A stretch of 64,000 nt of DNA from an uncultured Spirochaetota bacterium. GTDB taxonomy: Bacteria > Spirochaetota > Spirochaetia > SZUA-6 > Fen-1364. Position numbers and translations under genes: made by a program. Position 1 is the first letter of the stretch. Every line of letters starts with the position of its first letter. Shown here one piece after another: positions 49,913 to 60,317 of this stretch. Where the stretch lies: the NCBI GenBank assembly GCA_963781885.1, contig CAWAHW010000002.1, positions 1,216,001 to 1,280,000 of the forward strand, given 5' to 3'. Below the pieces are notes generated by a model. It was not told where the DNA came from, ran no database searches, and saw only the letters and a list, made by a program, of their open reading frames with translations.

Positions 49913-50101
49913 ATGGCTCTGCCAAAAAGAAGAATATCGAGGGCGAGGGGAAGGAAACGCCGCACGGCGAACATGAGATTGGCCGTGCCCACCCTCGTTG
50001 AATGCAGCAACTGCGGAAACAGGATCATGCCGCACCGCGTGTGCCCGAAATGCGGGCATTACAGGGGCCGGCAGATCCTGAAGCCCGAGGAAATATCCTG
50101 A
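49913..50101 (+). CDS. rpmF: 50S ribosomal protein L32
   Basis: MALPKRR, CxxC...HRVCxxCG. Confidence 0.95.
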   Translation: MALPKRRISRARGRKRRTANMRLAVPTLVECSNCGNRIMPHRVCPKCGHYRGRQILKPEEIS

Positions 50102-50174
50102 CCGCGATGTGTGATCGCTCCCAGCGAACACCCCCCCGCTGCCTTACTATTTTTTCAACAGGAGGTTGAACGGT

Positions 50175-50414
50175 ATGGACGAGCTTTTTGAGAAAATGAA
50201 GAAACTCATCGCCGATCGCTTGGAGATCGACGAATCGAAGATCACACTCGACTCATCTTTCCGCCAGGACCTCGGGGCCGACAGCCTTGACACGTACGAG
50301 CTCGTGTACGCGATCGAGGAGGAGCTCGGCATCAGCATTCCGGATGAAAAGGCAAACGAGTTCGAAACGGTCCGCGACGCTCTGGAATACATCCGCTCTC
50401 AGGTAAAGAAATAG
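50175..50414 (+). CDS. acpP: Acyl carrier protein
   Basis: DLGADSLD. Confidence 0.95.
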   Translation: MDELFEKMKKLIADRLEIDESKITLDSSFRQDLGADSLDTYELVYAIEEELGISIPDEKANEFETVRDALEYIRSQVKK

Positions 50415-50420
50415 CAGGTT

Positions 50421-51242
50421 TTGTTCACGAATATCCGGCGTTCACACGCTGCGCTTTCACCTGAACGAAAGAAGGAGCTCCAGCTCTTCGAGCGGCATGC
50501 AAAGATCCGCTTTCGGCGGCTGGAGTTCCTGAATCAGGCGTTCTCGCATCGTTCCTTCGCGCATGAGCTGGGAGAGCTCGGGGAGAACAACGAGCGGTTG
50601 GAGTTTCTCGGGGACTCCGTGCTCGGTCTCGTCGTCGCGGAATATGTCTACCAGACCCTTCCCGATCAGCCGGAGGGCGAGCTTGCGCGCATCAAGAGCT
50701 TCGTCGTCTCGGAAGCGAGCCTTTCAGAGATCGCCCGCGGGCTTCGGGTCGACAATTTCATCCTGATCGGCAAGGGTGAGGAATACTCGGGAGGCCGGTC
50801 GAAGAAGACCATCCTCGCCGACTGCCTGGAAGCCATCATCGGCGCCTATTACCTGGACTCGGGGTTTCCCGCTGCACAGAAATTCGTGCACATGATGCTC
50901 ATCCCGGAGATCAACAAGGTCCTGGAGAACCGGCACGCGAAAGACTACAAGACGCTTCTGCAAGAGCACGTGCAGAAGAAGATGAAAACGTATCCCAAGT
51001 ACCGCGTCGTCCAGAAGACGGGCCCGGACCATGACAAGACATTCTGGATCGAGGTGCACGTCGGCGACAAATCGTTCGGGGCGGGAAAAGGAAAAAACAA
51101 AAAGGAAGCGGAACAGGAGGCGGCGCGCCTGGCCTTTGAGGCCATGAACGTGCCGGAGAGACCCGTCCGCGCCGCAAAGACCCCTCCGGCCAATCGCGCC
51201 TCAAACCCGGCCCGCACGGACGGACCCGCCCGCAGAGGTTAG
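50421..51242 (+). CDS. rnc: Ribonuclease III
   Basis: NERLEFLGDSVLG, dsRBD (DYKTLLQE...KKEAEQEAA). Confidence 0.96.
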   Translation: MFTNIRRSHAALSPERKKELQLFERHAKIRFRRLEFLNQAFSHRSFAHELGELGENNERLEFLGDSVLGLVVAEYVYQTLPDQPEGELARIKSFVVSEASLSEIARGLRVDNFILIGKGEEYSGGRSKKTILADCLEAIIGAYYLDSGFPAAQKFVHMMLIPEINKVLENRHAKDYKTLLQEHVQKKMKTYPKYRVVQKTGPDHDKTFWIEVHVGDKSFGAGKGKNKKEAEQEAARLAFEAMNVPERPVRAAKTPPANRASNPARTDGPARRG

Positions 51243-52597
51243 GTTCCTCCGAGTCTCTCCTTCAGCAGCCTTTGCGCAATCTGGAGCAGTTTCCCGCGTT
51301 CGTTCAGGCTCGGATCCTCCAGCACCGCCTGCAGAAGCTCCTTCAGGATGATTCCCACTCTCGGGCCCGCCGCGACACCGAGGCTCTCCATGAGGTCGCT
51401 GCCGTTGACGGCAAGACGCGAAACGGTGAATGCCTGGCCTGCTTCCTTCACCGCCTTGACGCGCCGCGCGAATTGCGCGAGCCCCTCGGGGAAGTGCTCC
51501 GCGTTCTCGGGGCACATGCCGATCTGGTCTGCCCTCCGCAGGGCCATCAGGTCGTCGATGGCCGGCTCGCCGACGCGTGCGATCAGCCTGCGCACGGCCG
51601 CATCCGACCATTCTTCCTGGTAGTTGAACATGTGGTGCGCCACCAAGTGGACGACGTCCTTGATCATGGCGTTCGGCAGCTTCAAGCGCAGGAGGATGTC
51701 CCGGGTCATGTCCGCGGACACCGTCTCGTGGCCGTAGAAGGTGGGCCGGCCGTCGGGCGCCGCGGCGAGCGTCCACGGCTTGCCGACGTCGTGGAGGAGG
51801 GCCGCCAGGCGAAGGACGGGCGACTCTCCGGGGGCCGCGTCGCAGGCCGCGAGGGAATGGATGAAGACGTCGTGGCAGTGATACCGGCCCTGCTGCATGC
51901 CGACGCCCTCGAGCAGCTCGGGAAGCACGACGCCCAGGATGCCCGTCTCCTTCATGAGCAGGAGCCCCGCGGACGGCGTGGGTGACGCGAGTATCTTCAG
52001 AAGCTCGTCGCGCACGCGCTCGGCCGAAACTTTCGCAAGGACGTCCAGCGTGCCCGGGATCGCTTTCCGCGTCGCCTCCTCCACGCTGAACTCCAGTTGG
52101 GCGGCGAACCGACAGGCGCGCAGCGGGCGCAACCCGTCCTCGCGGAAGCGCGCCGTCGGATCCCCGATGGCGCGGATGACCCTGCGGTCGATGTCCGCGC
52201 GTCCGTCGTGGGGATCGTTCATGCTGCGCCCGATGAGGTCGAAGGCAATGGCGTTGATCGTGAAATCCCGGCGCGCGAGGTCGGCTTCCAGGGACGGGGT
52301 GAAGACGACCGCGTCGGGACGACGGCCGTCGCTGTAGTCCGCGTCCGTGCGGAACGTGGTGACCTCGAATGTCGTGCCGCGGAAATGGACGGTCACCGTC
52401 CCGTGCTTGATGCCGGTGGGGATCACGCGCGCGAAAAGCGGAACGACCTGCGTCGGGAGCGCATCCGTGGCCACGTCGAGGTCGGTGTGGGGCCTGCCCA
52501 TGAGGATATCGCGAACGGCGCCGCCCACGAGGTGGCACTGGAAGCCGTGCTCCTTGAACACCGCGGCAAAATCGTAGGCAACCCGGGGGACGCGCAT
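51239..52597 (-). CDS. cca: CCA tRNA nucleotidyltransferase with HD domain
   Basis: VGGAVRD, DLDVAT, RRDFTINA, EDGLR, LLHDVGK. Confidence 0.9.
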   Translation of the reverse strand: MRVPRVAYDFAAVFKEHGFQCHLVGGAVRDILMGRPHTDLDVATDALPTQVVPLFARVIPTGIKHGTVTVHFRGTTFEVTTFRTDADYSDGRRPDAVVFTPSLEADLARRDFTINAIAFDLIGRSMNDPHDGRADIDRRVIRAIGDPTARFREDGLRPLRACRFAAQLEFSVEEATRKAIPGTLDVLAKVSAERVRDELLKILASPTPSAGLLLMKETGILGVVLPELLEGVGMQQGRYHCHDVFIHSLAACDAAPGESPVLRLAALLHDVGKPWTLAAAPDGRPTFYGHETVSADMTRDILLRLKLPNAMIKDVVHLVAHHMFNYQEEWSDAAVRRLIARVGEPAIDDLMALRRADQIGMCPENAEHFPEGLAQFARRVKAVKEAGQAFTVSRLAVNGSDLMESLGVAAGPRVGIILKELLQAVLEDPSLNERGKLLQIAQRLLKERLGGT

Positions 52598-52701
52598 GAC
52601 GGGGTGAGTATCTGCGGTGGCGCGCTGCCCTGTCAACAAAGACGGCGCACGGTTCATGCAGACCTGAGCCGGCGCCATGGCGGCGCGCGGGACGCGCTGA
52701 G

Positions 52702-52731
52702 AAAAAAAGCCGCCCTCATCCGGGCGGCTTT
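52702..52731 (-). terminator. Rho-independent terminator of flaB
   Basis: Minus strand gccgccc-ggatga-gggcggc followed by T7. Confidence 0.8.
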
Positions 52732-52747
52732 GATCCGTTCAGTGCCT

Positions 52748-53620
52748 TTACTTGAAGAGCTGCAGGATGGACTGCGGTTTCGTGTTCGCCTGGGCGAGCA
52801 TTGCCGTGGAGGACTGCACGAGGATCTGGTCCTTCACGAACTCCACCATCTGGGCCGCCATGTCGGTGTCCCTGATCTGGGACTCGGCCGCCTGGAGGTT
52901 TTCCGCGCCGATGGAGAGACCCTTCATCGCGTACTCGAGCCGGTTCTGGTAGGCGCCGAGGTCCGCGCGCTGCTTGTTCACCAGGCGCAGGGCGTTGTCG
53001 AGCACGCCGATCGCCGCGTTGGCCCTGTCCGGCGAGGACAGCGAAATGAACGTCGCCGTGGACGGCCGGCCGTTCGCTCCCTGCACGCCGAGGCCCTGCG
53101 CGGTCATGGTCCCGATGATGACCTGGACGCGCTGGTCCATGTTCGCGCCGATCTGCAGCCACATGCTCGCGGTGACGGCATTTTCACCCGTCGCCTTGGC
53201 GAACCTGCCGGTGAGCATGTTCATGCCGTTGAACTGGGCGTGGGAGGCGATCCGGTTGATCTCGCTCACCAGCTGGGAGACCTCGACCTGGATCTGCATG
53301 CGGTCCTCGTTGGAGTAGATCCCGTTTGCCGCCTGCACGGAGAGCTCGCGGAGACGCTGCAGGATATCCTGGCTTTCCTGGAGATATCCCTCCGCTGTCT
53401 GGATGAAGGAAATGCCGTTCTCCGAGTTCGTTTCCGCCATGCGAAGGCCGCGGATCTGCGACCTCATCTTCTCCGACACGGCCAGACCGGATGCATCGTC
53501 GCCGGCCCGGTTGATGCGCTCGCCCGAGCTGAGCTTCTCCATGTCCTTGTCCGACGCAATGTTGTTGAACTTCAGGTTGCGCTCGGTGAAGATGGCAGAC
53601 ATGTTGTGATTGATGATCAT
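52748..53620 (-). CDS. flaB: Periplasmic flagellar filament core protein
   Basis: [51 protein letters not shown]. Confidence 0.95.
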   Translation of the reverse strand: MIINHNMSAIFTERNLKFNNIASDKDMEKLSSGERINRAGDDASGLAVSEKMRSQIRGLRMAETNSENGISFIQTAEGYLQESQDILQRLRELSVQAANGIYSNEDRMQIQVEVSQLVSEINRIASHAQFNGMNMLTGRFAKATGENAVTASMWLQIGANMDQRVQVIIGTMTAQGLGVQGANGRPSTATFISLSSPDRANAAIGVLDNALRLVNKQRADLGAYQNRLEYAMKGLSIGAENLQAAESQIRDTDMAAQMVEFVKDQILVQSSTAMLAQANTKPQSILQLFK

Positions 53621-53745
53621 CTCATCCTCCTTGAATGTGTGTCCCGGACTTCCCTGTCCGGGCCGATCCTGTCACCGCAGGGCGGGACCCGCGCCAGTGG
53701 CGACATTCCATATTCAATGCTCGGACGAATCCAAAAGTGCTTGAG
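53621..53745 (-). promoter_or_regulatory. flaB leader with candidate CsrA sites and sigma28-like promoter
   Basis: GGAC-AGGGAA-GTCC hairpin and CATTCAAGGAGG at the RBS; TCAAG...CCGAGCA upstream. Confidence 0.45.
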
Positions 53746-53792
53746 GGATTTCGTTTCTTGAACGCGGCGGCGGAAATCGCTACTCTGCGGGC

Positions 53793-54449
53793 ATGCCGGA
53801 TGCTGCGCGGGAAGGAGACGACGGAGCGGCGCGGGGCCTGCTCGTCATCGGCGGGAGCGGGCCGTCGCCGTCCGTTCTCCGCTCGTGCGCGCGCGGCGTG
53901 CGGATGGTCGTAGCCGCCGATTCCGGTCTGGACCACTGCATCGCGGCGGAGGTCACGCCCGACCTTGTCGTCGGCGACATGGATTCCCTTTCCGACCGCG
54001 CCCTGCTCTCGCGGTTTCCGGCAGAGCGCGTCATTGCCTTTTCGCACGACAAGGATGAGACGGACACGGAGATCGGCGTGCGGCTTCTCTTCCAGAAAGG
54101 GTGCCGGCTCATCACCATTGCCGGCGGGGGAGGGGGGAGACTCGATCACCTCCTGGGCGTCGCGGCGCTCTTCGAGCGGGATCCGGCCCCGTCGCGCTGG
54201 GTGACCGACCGCGAAGACCTGCTGCTCGTGGAAGGTGAGGCCGTGTTCAGCGGGTGGCGGGGAAGCACCGTCTCCGTCTTTCCCGTCGGCGCGCGCGCCG
54301 GCGAGATGCATTCCGACGGGCTCCAATGGCCGCTGGACGGCCTGGAGTTTCGACGCGGCTTCGCGGGCATCAGCAACAGGGCCGTCGCCGATACGGTGCG
54401 CATTTCCGTGGGCGAGGGAAAGCTTCTCGTGATACACTTTCTTCCGTAG
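53793..54449 (+). CDS. thiN: Thiamine diphosphokinase
   Basis: AADSG, VGDMDS, KDETDTE, GGRLDH, GISN. Confidence 0.92.
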   Translation: MPDAAREGDDGAARGLLVIGGSGPSPSVLRSCARGVRMVVAADSGLDHCIAAEVTPDLVVGDMDSLSDRALLSRFPAERVIAFSHDKDETDTEIGVRLLFQKGCRLITIAGGGGGRLDHLLGVAALFERDPAPSRWVTDREDLLLVEGEAVFSGWRGSTVSVFPVGARAGEMHSDGLQWPLDGLEFRRGFAGISNRAVADTVRISVGEGKLLVIHFLP

Positions 54450-54452
54450 GAA

Positions 54453-56234
54453 ATGATGAGAATGGAGAAGAGCCGGCTGGAAGAGCTCTCCAAAGAGCTC
54501 CCGGAAAAGGAAAGAAAGGAGCTTCTCGAGCGCATCGGTCGCCGCATGGAGCAGGAGGAGGGCGAAGATCCCGTCCCCGTCGAGCTCCAGCAGGACGAGC
54601 GCGACAAGATCATCGCCTTCGAGCTGAAGAAGGCAAGTGCCTGGGTGCGCTTCCAGCTCTGGCTGCGGACGCTCATGAGCGGAAAGCCCCGCAAGGAGGT
54701 CTTCCTCGACATCCGGCTGCGCATGCTGAAAAGCCATATCCGCGCGCTCTCTCCCGGCATCACAGGTTTTGAAACACGCGACCTCTCGGTCAAATTCGCC
54801 CGCAAGCTCTTTGACCTCTATGTGAAGGTCCAGGCAGTGGCCGGGATTTACCACGCGCTGGCCTCCGACAAGGCGGTCCGGGGCGCCGCCTACGCCTGGT
54901 ACGTCGAGCAACGCTGGGAGCATGCGAAAAAGGGCCTGGACGAGTTCATCCGCACGGAGGAAATGGAGGAGATTTTTGCCCAGACCGGACAGACGGATGA
55001 GATCAAGAAGAAGCTGTCCCTCCGTCTGAACGATTACGTGCATGCACTGCCCGAAAGCTTCCTCCTCCAGCTCGAGGCGGAGGCGAAGCTGCACCTTTCC
55101 CTGGGTCGGCTGGTGGCATTCCCTTTCGCGACGTTCTTCCGCTACTTCAATTTCCTCCTGGCCGACTCCACGGAGCCTCACGCCCCGTCCTTTGAAGCCG
55201 CCCCGGTCATGCTCACCCTCGATCTCATGGAGAAGCTGCACGTCACCTTCGGCCTTTTTGACGCGAGCGCGCCAGATTATCTCTATGCGGAAGAGCCCAT
55301 CTCCTGCTACTTCGCGTTGCGCGCGGGGGTGAAGCCAGGCGTCGAAGAGGCGGCCAAGCACGACGAGGAGTTGGGCAGGCTGCGCGGGGACATCATGGCC
55401 ATCGTGCACGAGATCGACGCCTTCGAGTCATCCATCCCGCTGCTCGATCTCCTGCGCTATTTCCGCCGTGACCCGTGGTTCCAGCTCGTCGTCAACGCGC
55501 CGCGGCTGTATCTGCGGAGCATGTATTTTTCCACGCTCAAAGCGCGCTTCGGGCAGGAGCTGGAGGAGCAGTTGGGCGGCGTGAAAGAGAGGGTGATCGC
55601 GCGGAAGGTCCAGGAGGTGCTCAAGGGCCAGAAGATGCTGGACTTCACCTGGTACAGGGAGAACCCCGATTTCGATTTCCGCAAGCTCGGGTTGTCCTAC
55701 TTTTCCTGCATCCGCAGTCTCACGCTCGTCTACAACTACCTCCTCCAGCAGTTCAAGGGCGCCGTCCAGGAGGCGGCGGGGCTCGTGGCCTCCACCGTGC
55801 TCGCCAACAACCGCATCATGCAAAGCCGGCTCACGCAGAATATTTCAGGGTTGGAGGACCTGGAGGCGCGCATCGTGCTTTTCGACCGCGCCCTCTCCCC
55901 GGACGAGGAGGACGGCAAGCAACTGGGCAAGTTCCGTTTCAATCTGGCAACGGACCTGCTGTTGCAGAAGAGCTACCGCGCCTTCATCAGCCAGAAGGAT
56001 CGCGACGCGCGGGACCTCATCGAAAAGGGGCGCGAGTACCTGGGCGCCATCCGCAAGACATTCGACGAGATACGGACGAGCACGTTCGACAACACCCGCT
56101 CGCTGCTGAAGACGCTCCACATGTATCGGGGCCGCAACCAGACCCTCGGGCAGATCCTCAACGCGCGGTCGGAGAATGTCGGGGTTTTCCTGAAGCTGCT
56201 CGATCAGCTTCTGGAGCTTGAAAAAGGCTCCTGA
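54453..56234 (+). CDS. Conserved spirochaete protein (DUF5312-like)
   Basis: Long helical ORF, host codon usage; family call by resemblance. Confidence 0.65.
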   Translation: MMRMEKSRLEELSKELPEKERKELLERIGRRMEQEEGEDPVPVELQQDERDKIIAFELKKASAWVRFQLWLRTLMSGKPRKEVFLDIRLRMLKSHIRALSPGITGFETRDLSVKFARKLFDLYVKVQAVAGIYHALASDKAVRGAAYAWYVEQRWEHAKKGLDEFIRTEEMEEIFAQTGQTDEIKKKLSLRLNDYVHALPESFLLQLEAEAKLHLSLGRLVAFPFATFFRYFNFLLADSTEPHAPSFEAAPVMLTLDLMEKLHVTFGLFDASAPDYLYAEEPISCYFALRAGVKPGVEEAAKHDEELGRLRGDIMAIVHEIDAFESSIPLLDLLRYFRRDPWFQLVVNAPRLYLRSMYFSTLKARFGQELEEQLGGVKERVIARKVQEVLKGQKMLDFTWYRENPDFDFRKLGLSYFSCIRSLTLVYNYLLQQFKGAVQEAAGLVASTVLANNRIMQSRLTQNISGLEDLEARIVLFDRALSPDEEDGKQLGKFRFNLATDLLLQKSYRAFISQKDRDARDLIEKGREYLGAIRKTFDEIRTSTFDNTRSLLKTLHMYRGRNQTLGQILNARSENVGVFLKLLDQLLELEKGS

Positions 56235-56713
56235 GCGATGATGGCGGAGAGACGCCGGGCGGTTTCCCGCGGGTCCTCCACCAGCACGCGCTTTCCGGCG
56301 ATCAGGTCGGCGATGCCTGTCTCCCGCGGGTAGCGCGGGATGATGTGCAGGTGCAGATGATTGATCGACGCCCCTGCCGCGGCGCCCATGTTGAAGCCGA
56401 TATTGTACGCGTGGGGCGCGCACGCCCGGTCCAGGATGCCGAGGAGCCAGCGCTGCAGGGCGGCGAGCTCGCTCTCCTCTTCCCGGGTGAGCTCGCGGAT
56501 GTCCTCCACGTGGCGGCAGGGATAGATCATGAGATGACCCGGGTTGTACGGGTAGAGATTCACGGAGGCAACGAATTGCTCGTCGCGCCAGATGCTCAGG
56601 TCCACGACGTCCGGGCTGCGGTCACGCGCAAGACAGAGGATGCACCCCGCGGGGTGGCGTCCCTTCACGTAGGACATCTTGTCGAAATTGAAGAAATACC
56701 CGCTGTCGCCCAT
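56204..56713 (-). CDS. HIT-family hydrolase
   Basis: NLYPYNPGH, AGASINHLHLHIIPR. Confidence 0.92.
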   Translation of the reverse strand: MGDSGYFFNFDKMSYVKGRHPAGCILCLARDRSPDVVDLSIWRDEQFVASVNLYPYNPGHLMIYPCRHVEDIRELTREEESELAALQRWLLGILDRACAPHAYNIGFNMGAAAGASINHLHLHIIPRYPRETGIADLIAGKRVLVEDPRETARRLSAIIAQEPFSSSRS

Positions 56714-56757
56714 GTCTCTTTGTGGTTCGTCCCCGGCCGAACGATGATCGCGCGCGC

Positions 56758-57093
56758 ATGAAAGGGTACAGGTTTCTCTCCCGGGTGTCCAGTTTCACCG
56801 GTCGCGCGGTCGTCTTCTTCTTCCTCCTCTCGGTTCTTTTTTTCTTCTTCTACATGCTGGGCAATTACCAGGATTTCCTGGATTCGACGCAAATGCTTCT
56901 CCTCTTTCTCCTGCGCATCTCCCTCTCCCTGGAGCTCGTGACGGGGGTGTGGCTTGGGGGGCTCCTTGTCTACCGCAATGCGCGCGAGCATCGCCCGCTG
57001 GTCGTCCGCTGGATCCTCCTTATCCTCTCCCTCATCATCTGCGGTGTCCTTCTCACCGCTCTGCGATTCGTGCAGCAATGGCTGCGCCCTTGA
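56758..57093 (+). CDS. Hypothetical membrane protein
   Basis: Three TM segments. Confidence 0.65.
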   Translation: MKGYRFLSRVSSFTGRAVVFFFLLSVLFFFFYMLGNYQDFLDSTQMLLLFLLRISLSLELVTGVWLGGLLVYRNAREHRPLVVRWILLILSLIICGVLLTALRFVQQWLRP

Positions 57094-57114
57094 AAACCCG
57101 TTATACTCACACGC

Positions 57115-58257
57115 ATGACCCCCTTCAGCCTCGAGATGCCCGCGGCAATTCACTTCGGCAACGGTGCGCTTGAGAAGCTGCCTCACGTGATTGACGGCTT
57201 CGGCGGCCGGGTCCTGCTGGTCGCCGGTTCGGGGTGGTCGTCAGGACCGGGAGGGGAGGCGGCCATCACCGGCAGGCTGGGAAAATGCGTCGTTCATCGC
57301 GTCACCTGTCGCTCCATGGAGCCGACAACCGAGTCGCTGGAGGCAATCGCCCTGTCTGCTGCGGGATTCGGCCCTGACGTCATCCTGGCGGTGGGTGGCG
57401 GGTCGGTCATGGATACCGCGAAGGCGCTTTCCGCACTGCTCCGCTATCCCGGTCCGGCCGAGCGCTTCCTCGAGGGTCTGGAAGGCTCCTGCCCGATCCC
57501 GGGGCCCTGTCTGCCCTGGGTCGCCGTTCCGACCACCGCGGGGACGGGAGCCGAGGCGACAAAAAACGCGGTGGTACGCGCCCTCCGGCTGGGAGTGAAG
57601 CGCAGCATGCGCTCGGCTCATCTCCTGGCACGCGCAGTCATCGTGGACCCCACGCTCACGCTGTCCCTGCCGGCGCGCGTCACCGGCACGTCGGGCCTGG
57701 ATGCGCTCACGCAGCTTGTGGAATCCTATGTCAGCAGGACAAGCACTCCATTCGTGCAGGCCCTCGTGGAGGGCGCATTCCCTGCGATGCTCCATGCCCT
57801 GCAGGGGCTTGCCGACAATCCAGATGACGTCGACCTCCGTTCGGCCGCAAGCTACGGCGCGCTTGTGAGCGGCATCGCGCTCGCCAATGCGGGGCTCGGC
57901 GCGGCGCACGGTTTTGCCGCCGCGATCGGAGGCATGTACGATGTCCCCCATGGACTTGCGTGCGCGGTGCTTCTCCCGCATGTGCTGGAGGCGAACGCGA
58001 CGATCATCGAGGACCGCGTCGCCCATCTTGCGGGCAACCTGTGCGACGCTTCCAGGGGCACGGCGGTCGCCTGGCTTGCCGGGGTGGTCAGATCGATGCT
58101 CGGGGCCTACGGGCTTCCCCAGACGCTGAGAGATTTCCATATCGATCCCGCGTCGATCCCCGAGCTTGCGGAAAGGTCATCCGGCTCCAGCATGCGGGGA
58201 AATCCCCGGGAAATCGGCATGGAGGAGAGGATCGAAATCCTCTCAGCCGTGATATAG
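57115..58257 (+). CDS. Iron-containing alcohol dehydrogenase
   Basis: GGGSVMD, PTTAGTGAE, DALTQLVE, AAHG, PHG. Confidence 0.92.
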   Translation: MTPFSLEMPAAIHFGNGALEKLPHVIDGFGGRVLLVAGSGWSSGPGGEAAITGRLGKCVVHRVTCRSMEPTTESLEAIALSAAGFGPDVILAVGGGSVMDTAKALSALLRYPGPAERFLEGLEGSCPIPGPCLPWVAVPTTAGTGAEATKNAVVRALRLGVKRSMRSAHLLARAVIVDPTLTLSLPARVTGTSGLDALTQLVESYVSRTSTPFVQALVEGAFPAMLHALQGLADNPDDVDLRSAASYGALVSGIALANAGLGAAHGFAAAIGGMYDVPHGLACAVLLPHVLEANATIIEDRVAHLAGNLCDASRGTAVAWLAGVVRSMLGAYGLPQTLRDFHIDPASIPELAERSSGSSMRGNPREIGMEERIEILSAVI

Positions 58258-58261
58258 GTCG

Positions 58262-58317
58262 GCCACGGTACACCGTGGCTGGGTCTGCCACGGTACACCG
58301 TGGCTGGGTCTGCCACG
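58262..58317. repeat. Short array of the same hairpin family, 25-bp period
   Basis: GCCACGG-TACA-CCGTGGC-tgggtct x2 plus partial GCCACG. Confidence 0.9.
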
Positions 58318-58364
58318 CGACGTCCCTTGGTGGACGGTCGCGGCATGACGCGAAGGAGTATCGA

Positions 58365-58730
58365 ATGACAAGAGCCGTCCGCGGCGCCATACAGGTCGAG
58401 TCCAATAGTGCCGCGCTGATCGAGCAGGCAACCGCACGGCTGATCGCGCGTATGCGGGACGCCAATGCAATTGCCGAGAATTTCATCGTGAGCATCATTT
58501 TCTCCCTGACGGCGGACCTCACCGCCGCGAATCCTGCTACGGCGCTTCGCCGGCATGGCTACGTGGAGACTCCCCTGTTCTGCACGCAGGAGGCCCAGGT
58601 CGACAGCGGCATGCCGCGCATGCTTCGCGTGCTTCTTACCTTCGAATCGCTGGAGCACCGCCGTCTGGTTCCCATCTACCTCGATGGCGCCGAATCGCTG
58701 CGGCCGGACCTGCAGGGCGAAAGCGGGTGA
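58365..58730 (+). CDS. aroH: Chorismate mutase, AroH class
   Basis: RAVRGAIQV, SIIFSLTADL, PLFCTQE, YLDGAESLRPDL. Confidence 0.9.
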   Translation: MTRAVRGAIQVESNSAALIEQATARLIARMRDANAIAENFIVSIIFSLTADLTAANPATALRRHGYVETPLFCTQEAQVDSGMPRMLRVLLTFESLEHRRLVPIYLDGAESLRPDLQGESG

Positions 58731-60317
58731 AAAGCGGTCTTTCCATCTGGCATGTCGCGCGGGAATACGCGGGCATTGCAGAAGCCGGTGGCGTGAAGGA
58801 CGTCGTCCGCGGGCTGGCCGAGGCGCTTGCGCGCACCGGCGCCTCCGCCAGCGTCGTGCTGCCCCTGTATGGATTCATGTCGGACGATCTTCGTCGCGCG
58901 CCGGTCGTTACGACATTCGAGCTCTCCCTTCCCGACCAGGACCAGGAGAACCGTTTTTTTACCGAAGAGGTCGCCATCCGGATGGCCATGCTCGACGGCG
59001 TCCGCCTCCTCCTCGTCGACGCCCCGCGCTTTTCCGCGGCCCGTGACGTCTACGTCCATACGGACAGGGACGAGGAGGAGAATCTCTGGCGCAAAAGGGG
59101 CACGGGGCACTGGGACTTTCACCAGAAGAATCTCCTCCTGCAACGGTCGGCCCTGGAGACCGCCGTTGCGCTCGGGGAAAAGCCCGATGTCTTTCATTGC
59201 CATGACGGGCATACCGCATTTCTGCCCGGCGCTCCTGCGTGAAGATCCACGCTATGCACGCGCGCTGCCGTCAAGCTCCTCCGTCCTCACGATCCATAAT
59301 GCCGGCGCGGGCTATCACCAGGAGGTCTGGGACCTGCACTTCTGCCATTTGCTCACGGGTCTTGACCCCGAGGTGCTCGAAAAAGGCATTCTGGGAGGCA
59401 GGGTGGATCCGCTCCTCCTTGCCGGCTCATATGCGCCCCTGGTCACCGTATCCGAGCAGTACGCGCTCGAATTGCTGGACGGCCAGGACATTCAGGAAAA
59501 TGGCGGCCTGGGGGCGGCGTTGCGAGCAAAAGGCATCGCCCTGACAGGCATCACCAACGGCATCGATCCCGTCCCCTACGATCCCCGGCCCGTGCCGGGT
59601 CCTGTTCCCTTCAGCTTCGATCCTTCAGTCGGCGAGCTTGCCGGGAAGAGGAAATGCCGCGAGTTGCTGGGAAAGACTCTGGGCAATCCCGCGGCAGTCG
59701 GGGGCAGGGGGCCTTTGTATGTCTTCGTCGGCCGTCTCACGGGACAGAAAGGCATCGACGTCCTCATCCGCGCGCTCCAGGGCCTTGTCCGGGGGGAGCC
59801 GTCGCGGCATTTTGTCGTCCTCGGCCGCGGAGAGAAAGAGCTGGAGGCGATGCTGTCGTCCCTGGCCGACGAGTCGCTGAGCGCCGGCAGGTTGACGTTT
59901 CTGTCGCGCTACGACCCCAGGCTGGCCTCCCTCATTAATGCCGCAAGCGATTTCTTCCTGATCCCGTCGGCCTTCGAGCCGTGCGGCCTCACGGATTTCA
60001 TCGCGCAACTCATGGGAAGCATTCCCGTCGTCCACCGGGTGGGCGGTCTCCACAAGGTCCGCGACGGGGAGACGGGATTCTCCTATGACGCGCACACTTC
60101 CGCGGCGCTGGCGGAAGCAGTGGAGCGCACGACGCGTCTTTACTTCCAGTCGCAGGACGTCCTGGACAGGATCCGCAGGACGGCTTTTGCGGAAATTTTC
60201 GCCCTGCACACCTGGGACAGGGTGCTTGCGGATTCCTACCTGCCTCTCTACCAGTCTCTTCGGGAGGATGCCGTCCGCGGCGCGCCGCGGCGCGGGGAAG
60301 CATGGACGCAGAGATAA
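58727..60317 (+). CDS. glgA: Glycogen synthase, apparent +1 frameshift near 59226
   Basis: AGGVKDV, FHCHDGH; next frame LTIHNAG, TVS..YA, GITNGID, GRLTGQKG, PSAFEPCGLT. Confidence 0.85.
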
